This document shows positions 1-8,098 of a DNA stretch of 64,000 nt, piece by piece. The position numbers and the translations under genes were made by a program. The stretch comes from Dehalococcoidia bacterium. Lineage in GTDB: Bacteria > Chloroflexota > Dehalococcoidia > Plut-88900. Numbering within the stretch: position 1 is the first letter of the stretch; each line of letters starts with the position of its first letter. The notes beneath the pieces are model-generated. The model worked only from the letters and a program-made list of their open reading frames with translations, did not search any database and was not told the origin of the DNA. The DNA is taken from contig CBDBLV010000001.1 of the NCBI GenBank assembly GCA_965207225.1, positions 1-64,000 of the forward strand. Reading direction: 5' to 3'.

Positions 1-171
1 AATGACGCCTAAAAGGGTTTCCGGGAATTTTGCGGGGCGCAGGGCAAGGGGGAGGAGCCGGTGTTTGATTGTTTTGCGTTTTCAGGTACGACTTTGATTG
101 TTTAAGGGACGGGGAGGGAACCATCACCCCGCATTCCAAACCGGGGAGGGGATACCCCTCGCCCCACAGAA

Positions 172-317
172 GAACCCTCACCCCCTTGATCCCCCTCTCC
201 CCCTCGAGGGACTCGGGGCAGGCTCTTAGGGCCCTTAAGGGATAGGGGGAAGAAAAAACAAAGGCAAGCGCCTGCGCCATGGCGCAGGCGCTTGCCTCTA
301 GTTTGGTACTGGGGGGG
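172..317 (+). repeat. Composite palindromic repeat family A (GAACCCTCACCCCCTTGRTCCCCCTCTCCC...GGGAGAGGGG..GAGGC-hairpin-GCCTCTAGTTYRGTACTGGGG)
   Basis: Related copies at ~2141-2260, 2351-2470, 2613-2670 (partial), 11890-12030, 36712-36832, 38190-38333, 38985-39130/40400-40440 and 54941-55062. Confidence 0.85.
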
Positions 318-344
318 AAGGGAGGAGATGGGGGTGTTCAGTTG

Positions 345-955
345 TGGGGTTTGGGTATTCATTTTGTTCTGTCTGTTGGGGTTTGGGTCGGCGATGGAAG
401 GTCCGGGACTCGGATGCAGGACCTCGATGGCACCTACGCCGACGCTGGTGGCATCGGCGGCTGTCCTGCCTTTCCCTTCACGCATGCCTTGGGAGACTTG
501 CCGCTGTCGAGGGCGTCTCTGCGTGGGGACATCCGTCCACCGCATCAACGCTCGACCGCTGTACGGGACGGCATATCGGCTCGATTACCGCCGTGGGCGG
601 ATGGAGCCGCATAAGGGCGCTAAGGCCCTGCATAACGAGTCAGAAGACTCGCGGAATTCCTCGACGAGGGTAAAGTCGGCGAGGCGTATACGCCCGGGTA
701 AGGGGCGTCGTATCGGCAAGGGCGTCGTTATAGAGAGGCCTGCTGCCGCATAGAGTCGATGGACCATCCATCGCCTGGAAGTTAGGGAAGGGACACGGGA
801 CCCGGGGGATGAGGAGATAACGCCTCCGGCTTGAGCCTCGGGCCTGCGCTAGGGCCGTTGGGATGGGCTGGGGGGTTGAGTCCTCGGTGTCGGGTCTCGG
901 GGGCTTCCCTGGGTTTTTGGTTCCTCCTTGTGTCACGGAATATTAGTTCGAACTG
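345..955 (-). ncRNA. Candidate large structured ncRNA, copy 1 (family unrecognised)
   Basis: Homologous to 38413-38960 in the opposite orientation; long-range closing stem 390-404/761-775; hairpins conserved in position; indels between the copies break every reading frame. Confidence 0.65.
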
Positions 956-961
956 CGAAAC

Positions 962-989
962 AGTTTAGCACGGTTGTAATAGGAGTCAA
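962..989 (-). promoter_or_regulatory. sigma70-type promoter for ncRNA copy 1
   Basis: Minus strand TTGACT-16 nt-TAAACT, with TGn extension, directly upstream of the conserved element. Confidence 0.6.
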
Positions 990-1056
990 GGGGTTTTTGG
1001 CGCGGTTTTTGGGGCATGCGCGGCGGGTTAGCCGGAGTAGGCCGACCGCCGCCCCA

Positions 1057-1080
1057 AGGCGACCCGCCGGTCGCCCCTAC
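1057..1080 (-). repeat. GTAG-type REP-like palindrome (GTAGGGGCGACCGGCGGGTCGCC)
   Basis: Near-identical copies at ~61032-61055 and ~63807-63830; GTAG foot plus hairpin typical of REP elements. Confidence 0.7.
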
Positions 1081-1116
1081 GAGGAGGGGATGCCCTCGGC
1101 CCCGCGGGGTGAGAGG

Positions 1117-1185
1117 CACCCCCTCCTGCCCCCGGGATTTAATCGGTTCCCGCCCACCCGCCCTGTCTTATTGAATTATCAGGAA
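1117..1185. repeat. Dispersed repeat (CCTGATAATTCAATAA.ACAGGGCGGGTGGGCGGGA)
   Basis: Inverted homolog at ~60155-60225; runs into the palindrome GAATTATCAGGAATTTGCC-TC-GGCAAATTCCTGATAATTC (~1173-1212). Confidence 0.6.
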
Positions 1186-1484
1186 TTTGCCTCGGCAAAT
1201 TCCTGATAATTCGTTGCCAAGGGGGAAGCTAGTGAGGGGTCTGAGTGGCAAAGAGCGGGGGGTTGGGGAGAGGCGCGGTAGATTCCTCGCGGAGCCTCGG
1301 AATGACAGGGAAGGGCGTGGGCTGGCCGAAGACTGAGGTGGCGTATTGGTGGGGCGAGGCCCCCCCCGCTCGACCCTTCGAGCGGCTTCGGGATGAGCGG
1401 CCCCGTCCCGGGGATGGATTCCCCTCCGACCCCCGACTTCTCGAGGGCAGGCTGGAGTCGGGAATGGCGGAATGGGAAGGGGGG

Positions 1485-2123
1485 ATGTGCGAAAATGGGG
1501 AGGTGAACGGGTTAGATATAGATATACCGAGGTCGGGGGCGGGGGATGGGGGGCGGAGCTTCTGGCGGTCCAAGAGGATGGTGGCAGTGGCGATAGTGTC
1601 GCTGCTGCTGTTTACCGGGCTGGTGGCGGTACTGGTGTGGGGGGCGTTGAGCAGGGAGTCGGCGACGGGGGGGAGCGGGGCGACACTGCCGGGTCGAGAG
1701 GCCCCTGCCTTCACGCTGGAGTCTTTTGACGGGGGCACGGTGTCGCTGTCCGACTTCGAGGGGCAGCCGGTGATCATCAACTTCTGGGCGTCGTGGTGCG
1801 TGCCCTGTCGACAGGAGGCCCCTGCCCTGGAGGCCGTCTGGCAGAGGTTCCGGGATGACGGGCTGGTGGTGATCGGGATCAACCAGCCGAGAAGCGACCC
1901 GGAGGAGCAGGCCCGGGCTTTTCTGGCAGAGTTCGGCGTGAGCTACCCGAACGTGTTCGATACCCAGGGCTTTTCGGGAATCGACTACGGGGTGTCGGGG
2001 ATACCGGTGACGTTCTTCGTGGACCGGGAGGGGATAGTGGAGCGGAGGTTTGTGGGGACGTTGACGGAGGGGAGCCTGATGGTGTGGGCGGAGGAGCTGG
2101 TGAGGGGTGGGGGGTTACCGTAG
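1485..2123 (+). CDS. TlpA/ResA-family thiol:disulfide interchange protein, membrane-anchored
   Basis: N-terminal TM segment then INFWASWCVPC thioredoxin motif and GIPVTFFVD; start uncertain because the ORF 5' extension is repeat-derived. Confidence 0.9.
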   Translation: MCENGEVNGLDIDIPRSGAGDGGRSFWRSKRMVAVAIVSLLLFTGLVAVLVWGALSRESATGGSGATLPGREAPAFTLESFDGGTVSLSDFEGQPVIINFWASWCVPCRQEAPALEAVWQRFRDDGLVVIGINQPRSDPEEQARAFLAEFGVSYPNVFDTQGFSGIDYGVSGIPVTFFVDREGIVERRFVGTLTEGSLMVWAEELVRGGGLP

Positions 2124-2133
2124 CCCCCACCCG

Positions 2134-2790
2134 CACAGGGGAACCCTCACCCCCTTGGTCCCCCTCTCCCTCAGGGCCATTGAGGGAGAGGAGGAGAGAA
2201 GAACAGAGGCAGAGGTTGGCGCTTCTGCGCCAACCTCTGCTTCTAGTTCAATACTTGGGGAGAAGGGAGGGATGGAATCCGGGTCGGGGGGCGGAATGGC
2301 GGTTATGCATAGGTTTCATCGAGAAGGGCTGGCCCCGCACCCCCACAGGGGAACCCTCACCCCCTTGGTCCCCCTCTCCCTCAGGGCCATTGAGGGAGAG
2401 GGGGAGAGAAGAATAGAGGGAGGCGCATGGGCCTTGCCCATGCGCCTCCCTCTAATTCAGTACTCAGGGGACAGGAACATCCCCGACCCGGATTCCTCGC
2501 GGGGCATCGGAAATAGAGGGGAGTCGGTGACTGGAATCCGGGTCGGGGGGCGGAATGGCGGTTATGCACAGGTTTCATAGAAGGAGATGGCTGGCCCCCC
2601 AGCCCCGCCGAGGAAGCCTCACCCCCTTGGTCCCCCTCTCCCTCAGGGCCTCTAGTTCGTTACTGGGGGGAGAGGAGGAGGTGAAATGCTGAGATTTAGC
2701 GACTATTTCGGGGGGATGGATTCCCCCTGCCTTCGCAGGGTCAGGCTCTGCCTCCGCAGGAATGACGGAAAGTGGGGTGGGAATGATGGA
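2134..2790. repeat. BIME-like mosaic of palindromic repeats with a tandem duplication
   Basis: Two full family-A units plus a partial one; a duplicated ~60-nt spacer (GGAATCCGGGTCGGGGG..CGGAATGGCGGTTATGCA at ~2273 and ~2533); GATTCCTCGCGGGGCATCGGAA and GGATTCC..GGAATGAC hairpins. Confidence 0.8.
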
Positions 2791-2860
2791 AAAGGGGTGA
2801 GTTTGTGTGGGAGTCGGGGGGCGGGATAAAATGGGCGTATCACCGGAGGAGACCACTGTC

Positions 2861-3808
2861 TTGGCGGAACCTTTTGAAATCGCGCGCAAGATCCAGGAAA
2901 ACGTAGAGAAGGTAATAATCGGGAAGACGGAGGCGGTGCGGCTGGCGCTGATTGCGCTGATGTGCGGCGGGCACATACTCATCGACGACGTGCCGGGGGT
3001 GGGGAAGACGATGCTGGCGAGGAGCCTGGCGAAGAGCGTCGGGTGCAGTTTCAAGAGGATCCAGTTCACCCCCGACCTTCTGCCCACCGACATCACGGGG
3101 GTCTCGATATACAACCAGAAGTCGGACGCGTTCGAGTTCAGGCCGGGGCCCCTGATGGCGCAGGTGGTGCTGGCCGACGAGATAAACCGGGCCACACCGA
3201 AGGCGCAGTCGGCGTTGCTGGAAAGCATGGAAGAGGTGCAGATCACGGTGGACGGGGTGTCGTACCAGCTGCCGCGTCCCTTCATCGTGATGGCTACGGA
3301 GAACCCGCTGGAGCACGAGGGCACATTCCCGCTGCCCCAGGGACAGATGGACCGGTTCCTGATGCGCATCAGCCCCGGGTACCCGACCGCGGCCCAGGAG
3401 CTGGAGATCATAGACGGCCAGAGGTTCATTCACCCCATCGAGGCGCTTACGGCCGTGAGCACGCCGGAAGAGATCATTTCGCTGCAGGACGAGGTGCGGA
3501 AGATATACGTGGACAACCACCTGAAGCGCTACATAGTTTCGATTGTGGACTCGACCCGGCACGACCGGGACATATACCTGGGGGTGTCTCCGAGGGGATC
3601 GCTGGGGCTGTTCCGTTCGTCGCAGGCCAGGGCGTTCCTGGAGGGTCGGGACTACGTGCTTCCCGACGACATCAAGGAGCTGTGCAGGCCCGTGCTGGCG
3701 CACAGGATGATCACGAGCCCCGGGGCCCGGTCCAGGGACGTGACGGGAGCATCGTCCGTGGCAAAGATACTGGAAACGGTTCCTGTGCCCGGGGTGAAGG
3801 TGGGGTAG
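2861..3808 (+). CDS. moxR: MoxR-family AAA+ ATPase
   Basis: DDVPGVGKT Walker A, RIQFTPDLLPTD, LADEINRA, EGTFPLP; GGAGGA before TTG 2861. Confidence 0.95.
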   Translation: MAEPFEIARKIQENVEKVIIGKTEAVRLALIALMCGGHILIDDVPGVGKTMLARSLAKSVGCSFKRIQFTPDLLPTDITGVSIYNQKSDAFEFRPGPLMAQVVLADEINRATPKAQSALLESMEEVQITVDGVSYQLPRPFIVMATENPLEHEGTFPLPQGQMDRFLMRISPGYPTAAQELEIIDGQRFIHPIEALTAVSTPEEIISLQDEVRKIYVDNHLKRYIVSIVDSTRHDRDIYLGVSPRGSLGLFRSSQARAFLEGRDYVLPDDIKELCRPVLAHRMITSPGARSRDVTGASSVAKILETVPVPGVKVG

Positions 3809-3851
3809 GGGAGCCGGAGTCCCGGGCGCCAGTGTTGTTGCAGGGTAATCC

Positions 3852-5096
3852 GTGAAGTTCAGGCTGAAACTTCCCGCCATGACCCGGCTGCGGGTCGTAG
3901 TTGCAATGCTGACCATCATCACGCTGATGGCGGTATCGACGAACTACGGCCTGTACTACAAGATGAGTTACATCCTGGCGTTGCTCCTGGCGCTCAGCTA
4001 TGCCTGGACGTGGCTGAACGGGAAGTGGGTCTCGATCCGTGTGAGGCGGAACGTGGTAGCGGCACGGATGGGGGAGTGGCTGGAGGAGACTCTGGCGATA
4101 TCGAACCATAACCGTGTGGCGCCCGTGGTGTGGACGGAGGTGCAGGAGAAGAGCGACATGCCGGAACACGGGGGCGAGATGGTGATCAGCCTGCCCCGGG
4201 CCAGCTACGGGGAGTGGACGCTGAAGACGCTGTGCCTTCAGAGGGGGAAGTACAGCCTCGGGCCCCTGGCTATCGTGAGCAGCGACCCCCTGGGCCTCTT
4301 CCAGAAAACACGGTGGTTTGGGGAGGCGCAGCCGTTCACTGTGTATCCGTCGATAGTCGAGCTGCCCAACTTCGCAGTGCCTTCCAGCGACCTGCCCGGA
4401 GATGCAACGTCCCGGCAGCACACCCAGGTTGTGACGCCGGCGGCGTCGGGCATCCGGGAATATATGCCAGGGGACAGCTACAGCCGGGTGCACTGGCGAA
4501 CGACGGCGCGGATGGGGAGGCTGATGGTAAAGGAGTTCGAGCAGGAGGAGTCGGCGAAGGTGTGGATAGTACTGGACATGGAGAAGGGGGTACACCGGGG
4601 GTCGGGGCCCGAGGGAAGCGAGGAGTACGCAGTGACGGCGGCGGCGTCGATCGCGGACAAGTACCTTCAGCAGGGCCTGCCGGTGGGAATAACGGCAGTG
4701 GGAAACATAGAGCTGAACCTGGAGCCGAAGCCTGGGCTTAACCAGTCGGACCTGATAATGAACGGGCTGGCGGAGATAAAGGCCGAGGGGTCGACGCCCC
4801 TGTCCGACGTGCTGAGGGACAACGAGGTCTTGTTCAACAGGTATTGCACCCTGGTGGTGATCACCCCAAGTCCCGACGGAGAGTGGATGGGGTCTTTGAG
4901 CCACCTGATGCAGAAGCGGGTGCAGGCGGCGGCAGTACTCCTGGACGGGGAGAGCTTTGCGGCGGAGGTGAACGGGAGAGGGCCTAACGGGATGCGGGCC
5001 TCGGGGGTGGGGGGCCCGTTGCCGACGTGTGTGGTTAGTCGGGGGGAGGAGCTGGGGGAAGCGTTGAATATCGAATATGCGGGGAAGGCGGTCTAG
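3852..5096 (+). CDS. DUF58 domain protein (MoxR partner)
   Basis: REYMPGDSYSRVHWRTTARMGRLMVKEFE motif; N-terminal TM; operon position. Confidence 0.9.
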   Translation: MKFRLKLPAMTRLRVVVAMLTIITLMAVSTNYGLYYKMSYILALLLALSYAWTWLNGKWVSIRVRRNVVAARMGEWLEETLAISNHNRVAPVVWTEVQEKSDMPEHGGEMVISLPRASYGEWTLKTLCLQRGKYSLGPLAIVSSDPLGLFQKTRWFGEAQPFTVYPSIVELPNFAVPSSDLPGDATSRQHTQVVTPAASGIREYMPGDSYSRVHWRTTARMGRLMVKEFEQEESAKVWIVLDMEKGVHRGSGPEGSEEYAVTAAASIADKYLQQGLPVGITAVGNIELNLEPKPGLNQSDLIMNGLAEIKAEGSTPLSDVLRDNEVLFNRYCTLVVITPSPDGEWMGSLSHLMQKRVQAAAVLLDGESFAAEVNGRGPNGMRASGVGGPLPTCVVSRGEELGEALNIEYAGKAV

Positions 5097-5105
5097 GGGC
5101 GGAGT

Positions 5106-7589
5106 ATGGCTTTAGCGAGGCCCCAGCTAAAGAGGCACGTACAGGACTTCGAGCCGCTCGGGGGTCTGCCGCGCTCGCAGTACGGGCCGAAGGAGGGGTG
5201 GCTGACCTTCGTCATCGTGCTGCTGCTGGTGCTGTCGGTGGTGTGGTCGGTGGAGACGGCGCACTGGGTGTCGGGGATGCCTTCGTTCAGCATGACTGCA
5301 ATCGTCGCCGTCATTGCGGGGATGGTGCTGGCGAAGGTGAAGAGGCGGGCGATACTGCTGCACGGGGTAAGCGCCCTGATAGCGTACGTGATGCTGGTGT
5401 GGCAGAGCCGGTACCTGACCCAGGATGGATGGTTCATTGCGAAGACCAGCGACATGGTGAGCAGGACGCAGGAGTGGGTAGGTGCGGCGGGGTCGGGGGG
5501 GATAAGCGCGGACCCCCTTCCCTTTGTGATCATCGTCTTCATATTCACGTGGATAGTGACGTACCTGGGGTCGTGGTTCGTGTTCAGGTCGCTGAGGTTC
5601 TGGCCCGCGGTGATACCGGCGGGGCTGGCCCTGTTCCTGAACCTGCTGTACCTGCCGGAGAAGTTCTGGGTCTTCTTCTACCTGTTCATCCTGATGGTGG
5701 TTCTGCTGTCCATGAGGATGTATTTCCTGAGGAAGAGGGCGGCGTGGGACAGGAAGGAAGTGCCCTACGTGAGGGGCATATCTCCGGCGTTCGGGTTTAC
5801 GACCTTGCTGCTGGCAGCGATTATTCTTGCGACCGTGGCCCTGGTGCCCCGCACGGACTTCGGGCCCAGCGTCATGAGACAGGGATGGCAGGTGATGAGC
5901 ATCCCGTGGAAGGCGATGGAGACGGAGCTGGGTCGGGTGCTGTCCTTCCTGCCCGCGCAGATACCGTACACGATCCACAAGTTCGGGGATGCGTTCCCGT
6001 TCAGAGGGGCCAGCAATCTCGGGAATCACGTTGTGATGATGGTGTCGGCGGACCAGCCGGCTTACTGGAGGGCCGAGACCTTTGAAGTCTACACGCCGAA
6101 TGGATGGCTGACGGGGGACAGGACCGACCTGAACGAGGCGTTCCTGCCGGGAGAGGACGAGGAGGTGGCCGTCTATGAGGGGACGGAGCTTATAGAGCAG
6201 ACGATAGAGATGGGGGTGAGCTCGGATGCGATCTTTGCGGGGTCGAACCCCCTGCACAGCAGCCGGGGGTTCGAGGTGGAGATATCGCCGCCGATGACGT
6301 GGGAGATCGATCTGTCGGTCTCGACGGACTTCAACGCGTTCCCGCCGGACCTTCAGGACGTAGCCCGGGCCATAAGGGCCGACGCGGAGACGGGAACGCT
6401 GACCTTCACCAATGCCCTGGCGGCGATGCCGGAAGACACGATAATCCAGGAGATCGAGAGAGAAGGGACACGGGCGAAGAAGGTCGTGCTGTCCCGAAAA
6501 CCGCCCAACCCGCCCGATATCACGGCGCTTAGACCGCTCCGTGACCTGAACCCCGAAGACGTTTATACCGCCGTCTCCTACAGTTCGTCGGCGTCAGAGG
6601 AGGCGCTTCGGGAGGCGGGAATCGACTATCCGTCCTGGGTCACGGACAGGTATCTTCAGCTAACCGACGACCTGCCGCAGAGAGTTCGGGGGCTGGCGGA
6701 AGGGCTGACGGACAACAGGGAAAATCCCTATGACAAGGCCATTGCCATAAGGGACTGGCTAAGGAAAACCCCCTTCTATTCCACGGACATCGAGGCGCCG
6801 CCGGAGGAAGCGGACGGGGTGGACTACTTCCTTTTCGAGACAAAGAGGGGTTACAGCAGCTACTTCTCATCGTCGATGGTGGTGATGTTGAGGTCCATCG
6901 GGATTCCGTCCCGGCTGGCGGTCGGGTACACGACGGGGGACTGGGACGAGGGGCTTGGTCAATACGTGGTGATAAGCGCGCACGCCCATTCCTGGCCCGA
7001 AGCCTATTTCCCGGAGTACGGCTGGATTCCCTTCGAGCCGGTGCCGAACCAGAGCCCGATAGTCAGGGGCGGCTTCATCAAGGGCGATGAGACCGAAGGC
7101 ATAGAGGACGTGGCCCGGCTTATCCAGGGCGGCGACCCTCCGGGGCTAGGCCAGGATGACCCGGGGGCCGTGGGCGCGCTGTCTCTCGGGCCAGTGCCGG
7201 GATGGGTCATAGTGGTAGTGCTGGGGGCAGTCGGGGGGGTTGGGGTGGTAGCGGCAGGCATAGTAGGGTGGGTGAGTTTCGGGCTGAGGAAGGAAGGGTA
7301 TGAGGGTCGGGTCTACAGGAAGATGGCGAGGCTGGCCAGACTGGCGGGGCACGGGCCCAGGCCCACGGAGACGCCCCGGGAGTTTGCCCTGAACCTGGCG
7401 GTGGCGATGGATGCCGTGGAAGGGAACATCGAGCGGATTGGGGATGCGTACGCAGCAGGGAGCTACCGGCCGGGCGATATGTCCGAGAGCGAAAGGGAGT
7501 CGTTGAGCGAGGCGTGGAACGAGCTTCGGAGACCGCTGTTCATCTGGTCCATCAAGCAGAGACTGACAGGTTGGAGAAACAAAGCATGA
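5106..7589 (+). CDS. TgpA-like membrane transglutaminase-fold protein (C-terminal DUF4129-like)
   Basis: Multiple TMs, YWRAETFEVY, DYFLFETKRGY, LRSIGIPSRLAVGY, HAHSWPEAYF..GWIPFEP, ETPREF. Confidence 0.9.
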   Translation: MALARPQLKRHVQDFEPLGGLPRSQYGPKEGWLTFVIVLLLVLSVVWSVETAHWVSGMPSFSMTAIVAVIAGMVLAKVKRRAILLHGVSALIAYVMLVWQSRYLTQDGWFIAKTSDMVSRTQEWVGAAGSGGISADPLPFVIIVFIFTWIVTYLGSWFVFRSLRFWPAVIPAGLALFLNLLYLPEKFWVFFYLFILMVVLLSMRMYFLRKRAAWDRKEVPYVRGISPAFGFTTLLLAAIILATVALVPRTDFGPSVMRQGWQVMSIPWKAMETELGRVLSFLPAQIPYTIHKFGDAFPFRGASNLGNHVVMMVSADQPAYWRAETFEVYTPNGWLTGDRTDLNEAFLPGEDEEVAVYEGTELIEQTIEMGVSSDAIFAGSNPLHSSRGFEVEISPPMTWEIDLSVSTDFNAFPPDLQDVARAIRADAETGTLTFTNALAAMPEDTIIQEIEREGTRAKKVVLSRKPPNPPDITALRPLRDLNPEDVYTAVSYSSSASEEALREAGIDYPSWVTDRYLQLTDDLPQRVRGLAEGLTDNRENPYDKAIAIRDWLRKTPFYSTDIEAPPEEADGVDYFLFETKRGYSSYFSSSMVVMLRSIGIPSRLAVGYTTGDWDEGLGQYVVISAHAHSWPEAYFPEYGWIPFEPVPNQSPIVRGGFIKGDETEGIEDVARLIQGGDPPGLGQDDPGAVGALSLGPVPGWVIVVVLGAVGGVGVVAAGIVGWVSFGLRKEGYEGRVYRKMARLARLAGHGPRPTETPREFALNLAVAMDAVEGNIERIGDAYAAGSYRPGDMSESERESLSEAWNELRRPLFIWSIKQRLTGWRNKA

Positions 7590-8098
7590 AATACGCTGTA
7601 CTGGAGACACCGATAGGGTGGATGGGGGTGGTTGCCTCGGATGAGGGGGTGAGGAGGCTGACTATTCCGCTGCCCACGCCCGACGAGGCCATGCAGGGCA
7701 TTGCCTTTGAGGCCAGCACTGCGGAGCTGGACAACGGTTACTTTGCCGAGTTCGAAGATAAGCTGCAACGGCTCTTCGACGGGTACGAGGTGGCACTGGA
7801 GAACGAAGATCTGGACCTGCCCGACGCCCCGGAGTTCACAAAAGCCGTCTGGAAAGCGACGCGGGAGATACCGCGCGGGGAGACGCGAAGCTACGGCGAC
7901 CTGGCCGCGGCGGTCGGGAGGCCGCGAGGAGCGCGGGCGGTGGGGCAAGTCATGGCGTCGAATCCCGTGGCGGTGCTTATCCCATGTCACCGCGTGATAG
8001 CCAGCGACAGGGGTCTCGGGGGGTACGGGGGACACATCGAGATGAAGAAGCGGCTGTTGAAGCTGGAAGGAGCGGAGGGCGTGAAAGGGGTCTCCTGA
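7586..8098 (+). CDS. ogt: Methylated-DNA-protein-cysteine methyltransferase
   Basis: IPRGETRSYG, ARAVG, IPCHRV active site; ATGA overlap with the upstream stop. Confidence 0.95.
   Translation: MKYAVLETPIGWMGVVASDEGVRRLTIPLPTPDEAMQGIAFEASTAELDNGYFAEFEDKLQRLFDGYEVALENEDLDLPDAPEFTKAVWKATREIPRGETRSYGDLAAAVGRPRGARAVGQVMASNPVAVLIPCHRVIASDRGLGGYGGHIEMKKRLLKLEGAEGVKGVS

Noticed and set aside
102-753. Overlapping ORFs (102-548, 279-614, 292-753) and their counterparts at 38629-39080
   Set aside because: Similarity between loci appears in all frames, indels shift frames between the copies, and the starts lie in repeats; this reflects nucleotide/structure conservation, not coding
937-950. LexA-like box GAAC-TAAT-ATTC near the copy 1 transcription start
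   Set aside because: One mismatch to GAAC-N4-GTTC and not conserved in copy 2
1245-1484. N-terminal extension of the TlpA ORF
   Set aside because: Made of palindromic repeat modules; likely non-coding read-through upstream of the true start
2134-2670. Possible CRISPR array (repeats with variable internal segments)
   Set aside because: Units exceed 100 nt, variable parts are self-complementary hairpins, copies are dispersed, and no cas genes are present
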